64,000 bases of DNA, taken from NCBI RefSeq assembly GCF_963921235.1, contig NC_086118.1:21888001-21952000 (forward strand), read 5' to 3'. The position numbers and the translations under genes were made by a program. The notes under the pieces were generated by a model. It ran no database searches and had not been told where the DNA came from. It saw nothing but the letters and a program-made list of their open reading frames with translations. Origin of the DNA: Mobula hypostoma. Taxonomy: Eukaryota. Shown here in pieces: positions 39,501 to 51,644 of the stretch (positions are counted from its first letter, which is position 1; every line of letters begins with the position of its first letter).

Positions 39501-40883
39501 ATCCTCCTGGAGATTGTGATTTAAAATAATTCTCTTCTGAAATAATAATTTGCCTCAATATTAGTTGCTGGTGACATATTGCTGGGGGAACTAATTGGGA
39601 AGATGTATGGAGTTGACTGTGCAAGGAAGGAGAATTAGCATATGCATTTGAAGCAACCACAATCCCTGAAGCATTATCTGTTATCCAGTCAGTTTCTGCT
39701 GATGTTAATTTATCTCCTTTGCTCTGTCAATCCTGCAGCCCCTCCCAGTCAATTTAATATTTAGCCTTCTAATTATTTGTAACAATTAGAGAAAAGCAAG
39801 AGTTGTAGAGAGGATAAAAACACAAAAGTGCTGATGTTTATCTGACAGTCTGATTTGTTTGAACTGGTAACCCTTTCAAAATGTTAAGAAATCAATATAA
39901 ATCAGCAAGCACTGTGAAAGAACTTCCTTACGTAGAGATCATTAAGCTGCAAAGGTTGTCGACTCTGATGATGTTGGGTTTGGATCCAATTTTCATGTCA
40001 AAAGTTGGACTGTGAATCTGGCATGTCAATTTACAGATCTGTCACTAGCTGGACAATAAAATCACCCTAATTTTTTACGTAGAGGTTCCATTATCCAAAG
40101 TGATAGAAAGAAAGTAAACCATTGTGAACTTAAAAATGGGTGTCAGTTAAACAGTGATAAGGCACATTTGTAAGTAGTGTTATTTTTTTTTATTTTGCCA
40201 GTTGGTATTACTGTGCATTAATTAAGTCAATTCCAATACTTTTTAATAATCTTATCACTGAAACTTTCTGATTATCTAGGAACCTAAAATACATAGATAG
40301 ATATAGAAGACAGGATTTTCCCTGCAGCTGATTGCAAATCCAAGGTTCACTAAGGCATTGGAAAAGCTGTTACTTTGGAGCCAATAGATATATTGAATTT
40401 TTTAAGGCAATTTAAAAAAATTCTATTTAGAAACTAGCAGGAAATAATTAGAAGGAAATTACAAAATCATAGAAAATGTGTTTGAGTTATTCTGTCAACT
40501 TCAATTCAAGACGTATTTGGGATTTTCTGACTACAAAATTCAAAAAATATTATAATGTAACCTTTCATTATTTAAACAAACAAACAATTAAAAAACTCGA
40601 TTTCATTCACTGGTTATTGCCTTTTGTCACAATTAGGATTATAAGTCGAATTACACATCACAATATTACATTTATAATCCTTGTGGCTCTGATATATTAA
40701 GAAATAATCATTGAACTGTGGAACCCAACATGACTTTAAAGCTTTCCGAAGTTTATTGAAGTAATAAAATACAGAAACTGAGGTTTACTGGTATGCCAAA
40801 ACTTTGATTCTTTACGTTTCTAAACTAAATGTTGTTCCTCCGAAGAGGTAAGGCAGATTGAAGTCTCTCACTGCATCCACTGT

Positions 40884-41250
40884 GAACACAGAACATAGAA
40901 TATAGGAGGGGTACAGCACAAGACTAGGCCCTTTGACCCACTTCTTATCCAAACCAGCTAAAAAGTAAATCAACAAACTCCAAAAAACGAATCCCTCCTA
41001 CCTACATGATGTTCATATCCTTCCATCTTCCTCATGTTCATGTATCTACCTAAACACCACTTAAAAGCCTCTGAAGTATTTACCTCTACCATCATACCAG
41101 ACAGTGCATTCCAGACACCCACAGCTCTCTGAGTAAAAACCGTCACATCCCCTTTGAACCTACCCCCCTCACCTTCAATGCATGCCCTCTAGTATAAGAC
41201 ACTTCTACCCTGGAAAAAGATACTCCTGGTCTACTCTACCTATGCCTTAC
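40884..41250 (-). mobile_element. CR1 LINE 3' fragment
   Basis: gaacatagaa-type tail; homologous to the 3' region of 60531-61061. Confidence 0.7.
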
Positions 41251-41332
41251 TTTCTGAAATGAGAATTGATACACTGCTTCAAACCTACTTGAGAGTTTTG
41301 ATGTGTAGCTTGATGAGTGTGTTGTGTAGCTT

Positions 41333-41590
41333 GTACTTACTGCCCGTTATACCACTGGCATTTAGGGCAGCAATGAAGGTTTTCCTTCTGTGGTGGTGTT
41401 CAGAGCTTCCTTCCTTAAGTTAGTAGCTTCTCGTTCACTACTGTCAGTCATCTAAGTCCCAGTGGAGACTCAGGAAAACTGTCACACTCAGATGTAGAAG
41501 GATTCTTCATTGCTATTTCCGTAACAATTTTGTTTTACCAGTTCAGGCTGATAGCGCTGAGCTGAACCTCCAAACCTGGAGGACCAATAT
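41333..41590 (-). mobile_element. RTE-related non-autonomous retroposon fragment
   Basis: (taag)-type tail near 41335 and ccaaacctggaggacca, a motif recalled from RTE 5' UTRs. Confidence 0.45.
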
Positions 41591-43614
41591 GGCTTGTATC
41601 TCACTTGAAAATAGTTGGCCAACCCATTCTATTTCCATACGCTTACGTAGTTTTACTGCTGCTCATACCAGGTGTTAACAATAATTCATTTTCATACATT
41701 CGGTTCTGGTTGATGTCTTATATCTTTTGTCATGCTGCAAGTTGTAAGAAGGCTTGCCTTCAGTCCATCCCCGTAACGCGTTTCTTTGCATTTCTTAAAA
41801 GGCCAATCACAATTCAATGTGGATTTCTTTCTTAACATAACAAAACTCAATATAACAGTGAAAAAGTGAATGAACCACAATAAATGAATGAATCAGAAAT
41901 TAAGTTAGAAAAGTTTTGCATTCTGGATATCAGCATCTGTATCTAAAACTTTTAGTCTGAAGTTTTTCTTTAGGTAATCTCTTGCACCTGTTGTTATGCT
42001 CAATAATCTTTATGTAATCTGATTTGAAATTCTATATCAGTTGTGTTCCAATTTCCCTTCAATATATCCAGAAAACATGAAAGATTTATGAAAAATTATC
42101 ATGATTGTCATTTGTGTTAATTTCTGGGATTCACCTTAACATATTGTTTTGTTGTACCTTGTAGACATTTACTAATTTTCATAGTTTGCGAAGTTGGGTA
42201 ATTTAATCTTCCCGGAAAAAAATTAAACTTTGAATAATTTTCATGTGAGCAGCAGCTCCTGCTTCAAAAGCAAAATGCACTGAGTATGTAGATAAGAATG
42301 TCCAGTTAACTGAACATAAGTGTTGAAATATCCCGCTCATATTCTGGGTTATCAATGAAATAAAAAGGATAAATCTATGTTTTTGGAGAGAAGAAAACAT
42401 ATCTCAAAATGCCAGTGAGTTTACAGAAACCAATGATGGTTGACTATTCTTCTTAATAAAACAAAGGAATTGAATTTAAAGATACTTTTCATATTTTCAG
42501 GACATTTCCCAGTGGCCTTAACGGTCTAATAATTACTTTTAAACTTAATTCTTGTTGTTTTGCAGGGTAAATTTGACAGGTTCAGCCTCACAGTAATTAG
42601 ACAGGAAGATCAGTTAATCTGCTGGGGGAGATACAATTTCATTTACCTGTCATGTTTTAAGTGATATGAAATGATGCTTCATAACCCAAATTATTCCAGT
42701 AGTCTGTTTTTTCAGCAGTGATTACTGAAGCCCACACAGAAAATCAAGAGTGGTTAAATAGAGACATCAATATCTTTGACATTATTTTTGGCACTGAGCA
42801 ACATTCCCTTTAAAACAACAGAGTCCAATTTAAATTTTTCATTGCTTAAGAAACATAGAGCATAATGAGTGGAGATCAATTGTTCATTTTCCTAACCGTT
42901 TAATGCAGTGCAACCAACTAACATGCCTTGAGAGAGCTTGATGTACAGTATGTATATACTGCCTGTATAAACAAATACCGACATGGGCTCAAAAGGCAGG
43001 AATCAGATCCATTTTAACAATACGATGAATGTAACATATGGTCAGCATTAGCATTCAGGAAAGAGTGATTTGGTTTGTTACTGTGACAGCAAGTACTCTC
43101 AGTGTTATATTCTGTACTGAATTCTTTGGTACCCAACGGGTCAAGATCAAGATCATGTTCATATAGTTGGAATGAAGCTCCTGGTGTAAATGACAATATG
43201 TCCTCAACCTAGATCACATTACTTATGTCCTTTAGAATTATTTATGTCTAAGTCCTTTAGTTTTTCCTAAAAACTGTGACAATCAATTTATTCAATGTGA
43301 ATTGCTTTAAAAGGTCTTTGAATGTCAAAGGTTTTTAGCCTTGGACTTCTTGACTGCCCAATCAGAGACCAGTTGCTGGTGAAACCACACCCCTGGAGAG
43401 CTTGACCCTCCACATCCGGATCAGGACAGGAAAGTGCAGGTGTAGCGGACTGAAGGCAACATTTCTGGGTAGGTGGACTGGTTAGCTAGATTGGACTCAT
43501 TAAACTTGAAATGCTTGGTCTCCATTATTACTGAAGATTCTGTTATATTGGAAAAAATGGCTTATGTCATGGCAAGAATGTGCTCATTGCACTCAGGACA
43601 TTTTTTGAAGATGA

Positions 43615-44130
43615 ACGTATGAAATAGAAGCTGGAATACACCTTGTTTCACCACACAATAAGATCATGGCTGATCTTTTACCACAGAACTAACCCTATTT
43701 CCCTTCATGTCTAAATATCTTTCTCTTGAATATGCTCAGACATTAGGTCTTTACAGCAATCTTGGGTAGAGAATTCAAAAGATTAGCTACTCTCTGAATG
43801 AAGTCATATGTTCCCATCTCTGTCCTGAACTGCTGATCCATTGGGTCGAGACAGCCCAATCAGGGGAAAAATCAACACATTATACATGTCATGTCCTGTA
43901 AGAGTATTGGATGTTTCAATTAGATAATTTTCCTAAACTCAAGAGAATATAGAATGAGTCTGTTTAATCTCTCCTCATATGTCAATACCACCAGCCTGGG
44001 AATCAGCCAAGTGGAGATTTACTGTATTCCCTCTATCCTTCCAAAGATAGAGAGACTAACCTATTCACAATATTTCATATCAAGGGGATCTTTATCATTG
44101 GAACAACGCTTTCCTAACCGTGTACTCAGT
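43615..44130 (-). mobile_element. Old degraded CR1 3' fragment
   Basis: aataagatcatggctgatct, ggtagagaattcaaaagatt and ctaaactcaagagaata are colinear with other CR1 3' ends. Confidence 0.55.
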
Positions 44131-44184
44131 TGATTGCTGTGATTAATCCTCTTACAGCAAAGGCGACACACTCCTTGACATATT

Positions 44185-44473
44185 CATTTATTTTTACTTA
44201 TTGAGATATAATGTGGAGTAGGCCCTTCTGGTCATTTGAGCTGCATCAGTAAGCAACATCCGACTTAATCCTAGTCTAATCACGGCGCAAATTGCAATGA
44301 TCAATTAACCTACTAACAGGTAGATCTTTGGACTGTGGGAGGAAACTGGAGCACTTGGAGGAAATCCGAGCGGTCACAGGGAGAACATAAAACCTCCTTA
44401 CAGGCAGCAGCGGGATTTGAACCCGGGTCGCTGGTAATGTAAAGCGTTGTGCTAACCTCCGTACCGTGCCACC
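44185..44473 (-). mobile_element. Near full-length V-SINE (HE1-like)
   Basis: Minus-strand B-box ggttcaaatcc (44413-44423), V-core and a tail ending in aataa repeats. Confidence 0.8.
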
Positions 44474-44599
44474 CCAGATTGCTTGCAGTACCTGCTTCTG
44501 AACTTCCAGTGATTCACATAGAGGGCAACAAGCTCACTCTGTACACCTACATCTTTCTATCTCTCATCATTTAAAAAAGACTATTCTTCTTTTCTCCGT

Positions 44600-44746
44600 A
44601 ACACACACAAATGAGTTCAGCAGGTCAGTCCTGATAAAGACTGTTTATTCCTCTTCATAGATAGTGCCTGACTTGTTGAGTTCCTCCAGTATTTTTTTGT
44701 GTGGTACTCTGGATCTCCAACACCTGCAGAATCTCTTGTGTTTGTG
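44600..44746 (+). mobile_element. Penelope-derived remnant
   Basis: Short inverted arm, agtcctgata, sense arm and tail ctgcagaatctcttgtgttt; ttctt...ctcc on both flanks. Confidence 0.55.
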
Positions 44747-45016
44747 TTTCTTCATCTCCCTTTTCTTATACCAGACTGACTAACGGAACTACTAACTCTC
44801 ACATAAGAAGGTATTTTGGAGTTTAATGCTGCCTACATCATTGTGCCCAATACACAGCAGACCTTTGAACTTAGGTATTTTTGAAATTTGTGAAGAAGTC
44901 AGTGTTTTTTTTGTGATTCCATTGCTGGGTAGACTGAGCTCTACTGACATAGCTGTGGCTCTCCATTTTTTTCTCTCAGGATTATTGAAGAGAAAGCCAA
45001 ACATTGCTAAAGTCTA

Positions 45017-45586
45017 CACTCAGTGGTCACTTTATTTAGTGTATCTGTATACCTGCTTATTAATGCAAATATCTAATCAGCCAATCATGTGGCAGCAACT
45101 CAAAGCATAAAAGCATACAGACATGGTCAAGAGGTTCAGTTATTTATTCAGACTAAACATCAGAAAGGGGAAGAAATATGATCTAAGTGACTTTGACTGT
45201 GGAATGATTGTAGGTGACATACAGGGTGGTTTGAGTATCTCAGAAACTGCTGATCTCCCAGAATTTTCACACACAAGAGCCTCTAGAGTTCACAGAGGAT
45301 GGTGCAAGAAACAAAAAGCATCCCTTGAGCAGCAGTTCTGTGGGTAAAAATGCCTTGCTAATGAGAGAGTTCAGAGGAGAATGGTCAGACTGGTTCAAGC
45401 TGACAGGAAGGTGATAGTAACTCAAATAACCACATGTTACAACGAGGGTGTGCACAAGAGCTTCTCTGAATGCACAACATGTCAAACCTTGAAGTCGCTG
45501 AGCTACAGCAGTAGAAGATCATCAATGTACACTCAGTTGCCACTTCATTAGGTACAGGAGGTACATAGTAAAGTGGCAACTGAATG
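45017..45586 (+). mobile_element. Tc1/mariner deletion derivative
   Basis: TA-flanked TIRs cactcagtggtcacttta / taaagtggcaactgaatg; transposase N-terminal HTH remnant DLSDFDCGMIVG..GGLSISETADL (ORF 45123-45347). Confidence 0.88.
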
Positions 45587-47101
45587 TATATGTGTGTGTA
45601 TGTTTGTTGAGTGAGGGCAGACTCAGGGCTGGATTGAATGTTCCCCCTTACTGGAATAAAATGCTGACTTTTTGTCATTGCTTATCCAGGATTTATTGGT
45701 AAATATCTCGACATTGTTTGAGACCCATGAAATCACGTCTCAAAAAAGGAAGGAAGAAAATTGATGAAACAATGTTTAGATTGCATAATAACAGGCTTTG
45801 CATTTTGAAATTATTCACTATATGCAAGAACATCTTATTGGGCTTCTGAAAAGAAGCATGGTATAAATAAACAGTCTATTTTTATCTTCTTGTTAACAGT
45901 AAAATAATGCCTTCTGGAAAAAATAGCTGTCAAGAAATTTTCTGATATAAGAAGCATTCAATAAGGATTGTGACCATGAAGATGACAGATTTTGTGTTTG
46001 TTTCTAGCATAGCCATATATAGTTTCTAATCACACAAAAACGACCCAAAGTTAAAAAAGCTCATGACTTTCTGGTTTTAAAAATGCTGGTTAAATTTATT
46101 AACCACCTAGCAATGCTGCAGTTGAAACTCGATATCCATAAAGTTTTAAGTTCAGAAAAGGTTACCAAGAAGTAGGAGAGCAAAACTATGCCGCAAACAT
46201 GGTCCATTCTTAAATTTAATGCATGATAGCACCCTATACTGGTAAAGAAATGAGAGATGAAGACCTTACATGGGCTCGTCTGTGATCGTGAGAGGTATTT
46301 GCTTTGTTATGCTTGTGGTGCTGTGTAAAATGTGGACGAAGTCAAGGTAATAAAAATAAGGCGACCAGCTTCAGCAGATGTGGCAATCAGAGCAGAGGAG
46401 GCCGGACAATATGGTATATTGCTTACCAGAGATAGCTCTCATTGGGAAGGAAGGTTTATAATTGTAAGGAGGGCTGAGCAAAGAGTATTGTGAGATAGGT
46501 TCTAGCAGTCTTATCTTAACAACCCTGGTAAGGCCATTAAACATGTCCTAGCATTACAACCAGGCTATGGTTTGATGCTTTGATGCCAACCATGTCCAAA
46601 CACTACCTTTCTACCTTGTGAGACGATATTCTCTCCTTCACCAGTTTTGCTAAAGTTATTTGTGAGTCAGACAGATGACGGTGGGTATGGGAAGAGATAG
46701 TGGGTGATGCTTCTCTTTTGCCATTCATTCTGGCAGCAGCATGGTGCAACTGGTAGATCATCTGTCTCAGCCCCTGCTACCCAGGTTCAATCCTGGGTAT
46801 TTCCAGTCCATCAGACCAGGTGCATGAGGATTATTGTCTTGACGTAGGTGACATTCTTTTCAGTGAGGATGAACCAAGAATCCAAGAATTTCTTGTTGAT
46901 CCACCCTCCCATCCTTGAAGTAAGATACACCAGTGAAACCAGGAAGAAAAGGACAGTAGGAAGTGTAAATTATTGACTGAAGCATTGTTTTGCCCTTCCC
47001 AGCAGGGGCAATCCCTCCCTGTATTTTTCAAGTTGATTATTTCTCCTTGCCAAAGACATTCTGCCCCAATCTCACCATAGATTCAAACCATTCAGAACCA
47101 G

Positions 47102-47228
47102 CCAACACGCATCAAAGTTGCTGGTGAACGCAGCAGGCCAGGCAGCTTCTCTAGGAAGAGGTACAGTCGATGCTTTGGGCCGAGACCCATCAAAGCATCT
47201 GCAGAATTCCTCGTGTTTACGTTTTTAA
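47102..47228. mobile_element. Collapsed Penelope-derived element
   Basis: Inverted arm with decayed hammerhead fused to tail agcatctgcagaattcctcgtgttt; flanks attcagaaccag / attcagaatcag. Confidence 0.7.
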
Positions 47229-47230
47229 AT

Positions 47231-47941
47231 TCAGAATCAGAATCAGGTTTATTATCGCCGGCATGTGATGTGAAATTTGTTAACTTAGCAGCAGCAGTTC
47301 AATGCAATACATAATCTAGCAGAGAAGAAACAACAATAAAAATAAAATAAAATAATAATAATAAATACATTAAAAATAATAAATAAACAAGTAAATCAAT
47401 TACGTATATTGAATAGATCTGAAAAAACATGCAAAAACAGAAATACTGTACATTAAAAAAAGTGAGGTAGTGTCCAAAGCTTCGAAGTCCATTCAGGAAT
47501 TGGATGGCAGAGGGGAAGAAGCTGTTCCTGAATCGCTGAGTGTGTGCCTTCAGGCTTCTGTATCTCCTACCTGATGGTAACAGTGAGAAAAGGGCATGCC
47601 CTGGGTGCTGGAGGTCCTTAATAATGGACACTACCTTTATGAGACACCGGTTCCTGAAGATGTCCTGGGTACTTTGTAGGCTGGTGTCCAAGATGGAGCT
47701 GACTAGATTTACAACCTTTCGCAGCTTCTTTCGGTCCTGTGCAGTAGCCCCTCCATACCAGACAATGATGCAGCCTGTTAAAATGCTCTCCACAGTCCAA
47801 CTATAGGAGTTTTTGAGTGTAATTGTTGACATGTCAAATCTCTTCAAACTCCAAATAAAATATAGCTGCTGTCTTGCCTTCTTTATAACTACATCGATAT
47901 GTTGGGACCAGGTTAGATCCTCAGAGATCTTGACACCCAGA
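47231..47941 (-). mobile_element. Rex1/Babar LINE 3' fragment
   Basis: ORF 47299-47847 (TVESILTGCIIVWYG...SFFPSAIQFLN) and (ctgatt)n tail. Confidence 0.9.
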
Positions 47942-48333
47942 GAACAGCTGCAGTGACCAGGCCCTGTATGCAGGATTCACAGATTTGACAAGGTTTATGA
48001 GGTCTTCAATTGTGGAGTAGAAGGTGCTAGCCGGATCTGGTTGCATGATAAAATTTATCAAAGTCTCCCAGCTTCTGCACAGATAACTGCGGCCATTTGG
48101 CTGGGATGCAGACACTCCATCACCAAAACTGGGGTTAAGCAAGGTTCTACTATTGTCCCAGTCCTGTTCTCATAGGAGTTACTCCATCTCTTTTTAAAGA
48201 TTGCTTCCCATTGGAATTGACCTCCAGTGCAGAATGGATGAATGGCTCTTTAATCCCAGCATCCACACACGATGAATAGAGTCTCCAGGGAACACATGAC
48301 TGAGCATCAGCAAACTGAAGACTCTGCTATTTT

Positions 48334-48740
48334 TGTTATGTATTTAAAAATTTCAATAATATTTGAGTAATATTGCAAATACTACTCAAATCGCTCATTA
48401 CAGGTTATATGTAAAAGTATGTGAATGGCATACGTCATTATACCACCATGTCATATGTGCGTGCCTCATTAAAATAAAAATGAAACTACAGTACACACGC
48501 TATTCCCAGCTTTGCATTTTTCTTTCAGTTAGTCTTTTCCTTTAAATTAATTCTATGTTTTGAAGTAACAAAACCTAACAGTTGCAACGAGGGAGTTTTA
48601 AACAAATTTGAGACAAATACCTACCTGGTGAAATGTAGTGAAACGTTTGAGTTTTTTTAAAAAGCACAGTGCAACAATCAAGTAAAAAAAATGCAGCACA
48701 TTTTTTTTCTTTGCAAGGGAAGACAGAGACAGTCAAGTTA
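48334..48740 (+). mobile_element. Gypsy-type 5' LTR (48334-48580) with decayed PBS and leader
   Basis: TGTTA...TAACA termini, AATAAA near 48473, then ttgcaacgagg resembling the PBS TGGCGACGAGG. Confidence 0.6.
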
Positions 48741-48899
48741 AAAAAAGAGACAGAAAACACACAGAAACCCTGCCCACTGCACCAACTCTTCAGATACATT
48801 TTCATCTGACATATCACCCTAATCTTATCCTCACTGCTGCTTGGTATAGGCAGCAATCCAGAGATTACTACCTTTCAGATTCTTCTTTTTAGCTTCCTT

Positions 48900-49450
48900 C
48901 CTCACTGCCTTAGTATTTATTCTTCAGGACCTCAATCCTTTCCCTACCTATATGTACCATGACTTCTGACTGCTCACCCTCCCCCTTAAGAATGCTTGAA
49001 TCTGATCTGAGATGTCCCCGACTCTGCCACCTGGGAGGCAACACACTACCTGAGAGTCTCTTTCACATCCACAGAATCTCCTGTCTGTTCCCTGAAATAT
49101 TGAATCCCCTATCACCATCGCTCTGCCATTCCCTGCCTGTGGCTAACTCTGGTAGGTCATTCCCCCCTTCTGTCCCTACAGTATCCAAAGTGGTAGGTAT
49201 ACCTGATATGGTGGGAAGCACCACAGAAGTACTCTGCACTATCTGCCTGTTCCCTTTCCCTCTCTTGACAGTAACCTAGCTACCTGCCTCCTGCAATTCA
49301 GGTGTGACTGCCTCTCTGTAGCTCTTGCCTATCAACTCCACATTGTCCTCATCATAGATCATGCAGCTTCAGTTCCAGTTTACTAACACAGCCTGTAAGG
49401 AGCTGAAGTTAGATGCACTTCTTATAGGTGTAGTAATCAGGGACGTGTGG
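48900..49450 (-). mobile_element. CR1 ORF1 remnant (zinc finger/leucine zipper and esterase)
   Basis: GTDRRFCG and VVCCLPGGRVGDIS at ~49010-49091; VPDYYTYKKCI*LQLL..V..LELKL at ~49360-49445. Confidence 0.7.
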
Positions 49451-49715
49451 AAATGTCACCACACTGATGCCAGCCTCCGCCCTGAAACCAATGTTGTCAA
49501 CTAGGAGATAAAATTCCCCATGCCCCAGACCACTAGATTGGATATTGCGTTCACACCTTTATCCCCCTGAACAAGCACCCTCTACTGTCAGCTCACCATA
49601 AGAGAGGAAAGAAAAAAAATGACAATAACAGGCTGAAGGGAAACAGATATCATCATCACAAATCAAAGTTGCTGTCGAACACAGCAGGCCAGGCAGCATC
49701 TCTAGGAAGAGGTAT

Positions 49716-49751
49716 AGTCGACGTTTCAGGCCAAGACCCTTCGTCAGGACT
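49716..49751 (-). ncRNA. Minimal type I hammerhead ribozyme motif
   Basis: AGUC CUGACGA AGGGUCUUGGCCU GAAA CGUC GACU: helix I AGUC/GACU, intact core, short helix II, palindromic ACGU in place of helix III, GUC triplet. Confidence 0.75.
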
Positions 49752-50572
49752 AACTGAAGGAAGAGTTAGTAAGAGATTTGAAAGTGGGAGGGGGAGGGGG
49801 AGATCCAAAATGATAGGAGAAGACAGGAGGCAGAGGGATGGAGCCAAGAGCTGGACAGGTGATTGGCAAAGGGGATACAAGAGGGTCATGGGACAGGAGG
49901 TCCGGGAAGAAAGACAAGGTGGGGGGGAACCAGAGGATGGGCAAGGGGTATAGACAGAGGGACAGAGGGAGAAAAGGGAGAGTGAGAGAAAGAATGTGTG
50001 TATAAAAATAAATAGCGGATGGGGTACGAGGGGGAGGTGGGGCATTAGCGGAAGTTAGAGAAGTCGACACCTATGCTTTGTCTGCCAGAGAAAGCAGGAT
50101 CTCCCAGTGGCTACACATTTTAATTCCACATCCCATTCCCATTCTGACATGTATATCCACGGCCTCCTCTACTGTAAAGATGAAGCCGCACTCAGGTTGG
50201 AGGAACAACACCTTATATTCCGTCTGGGTAGCCTCCAACCTGATGGCATGAACATCGACTTCTCTAACTTCCGCTAATGCCCCACCTCCCCCTCGTACCC
50301 CATCCGTTATTTATTTTTATACACACATTCTTTCTCTCACTCTCCTTTTTCTCCCTCTGTCCCTCTGACTATACCCCTTTCCCATCCTCTGGGTTCCACC
50401 CCCCCCTTGTCTTTCTCCCCGGACCTCCTGTCCCATGATCCTCTCTTATCCCCTTTGCCAATCACCTGTCCAGCTCTTGGCTCCATCCCTCCCCCTCCTG
50501 TCTTCTCCTATCATTTTGGATCTCCCCCTCCCCCTCCCACTTTCAAATCTCTTACTAACTCTTCCTTCAGTT

Positions 50573-50608
50573 AGTCCTGACGAAGGGTCTTGGCCTGAAA
50601 CGTTGACT
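50573..50608 (+). ncRNA. Minimal type I hammerhead ribozyme motif
   Basis: AGUC CUGACGA AGGGUCUUGGCCU GAAA CGUU GACU: same fold with a GUU triplet. Confidence 0.72.
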
Positions 50609-51644
50609 GTACCTCTTCCTAGAGATGCTGCCTGGCCTGCTGCGTTCACCAGCAACTTTGATGTGTGTTGCTTGAATTTCCAGCATCTGCAGAATTCCTG
50701 TTGTTTGCATCATCATCACAGGATGGGAGGTGCTGTTGATTGCCTCATCATCAGACTATGGGCCATATGGAAGTGAAGCACTCTGCCTTGGAAAGTGAAA
50801 AGACAGGGAAGAACAAGGTAAGGGAAAGAAAGTCTACTAGCAACCAGCTCACCGGTGAGGAGATGCCTGTATCCTGTGTAGGCAAGCCTGTGGTTCTGGG
50901 ATCAGACTCCTCAGAACCCAAAACTAAAACCATGGTAGACATCTTCCATGAATCAAGGAACTTATGATGTTTGGAACTAGTTCCATTACTACAGTTGCCC
51001 ATAATTAGAAAATACACATAATCACTCTCTATGGTAACCAAGCCTCCATGGTTAATAAGGAATTGCGTTGTTGAGAGCCAATTAACATAAGCATTTATTT
51101 ATCAACTTCACCTGCCTAGTTACCATGGTGTGGAATCAGGATGTCCCACACTCAATGGCTGGTTTTGATGGGCTTGAAGTTTCTGTGGTATTGATAAAGG
51201 AGTATCACTGCACAAGTATCATTTAATTGTCAATATCCAAAGCAACTCTCTTATGTAGCCTCCTCCAATGAAACTGGCAGCCTGTGCTCTTATGAGACAA
51301 TGGCATCTGAATACAGTGGGGAGGTTATATGTAAACAAATCTTTTCCAAGATTGGTTCTTGTTTGAATTTGATAATATTTATGGGAGCTCATTCATATGT
51401 AAGGGATGTCCATAAGCTGGGAGGTCATAATCTAGGGAGGACATGTATAATTTCTATGAGAGTCATTATCCATTATTCTTTACTGAATTGACATTTTGTA
51501 AAATAAATATCTGATGTAGAAGATTATAAATGAAAAAATCTAATCGTAGTTTTGCTGTTAAAAAGTAATAGACTTAAAGCTTCTTTACACAGTATTCTGA
51601 ATATTTCTGGAGCTGTGATAAATCCAACAAGTTGAGCTTTATTG

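Larger units (their letters stand above)
49661..50708 (+). mobile_element. Young Penelope-like element with inverted terminal repeat (palindromic insertion)
   Basis: Arms 49662-50067 and 50255-50662 are near-identical inverted copies; 50068-50277 is an open 69-codon GIY-YIG C-terminal frame (PVATHFN...RLEEQHLIFRLGSLQPDGMN); 12-bp duplication atcatcatcaca. Confidence 0.92.
47950..50965 (+). mobile_element. Old RTE/BovB-like LINE in pieces (~47950-48333, ~49450-49650, ~50720-50965)
   Basis: ITKTGVKQGSTIVPVLF at 48119; C-terminal CILCRQACGSGIRL near 50866. Confidence 0.5.

Noticed and set aside
49656..50776. Pairs of near-identical ORFs on opposite strands (Pro/Leu/Ser-rich and Gly/Arg-rich)
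   Set aside because: By-products of the inverted repeat and its pyrimidine/purine bias, not genes
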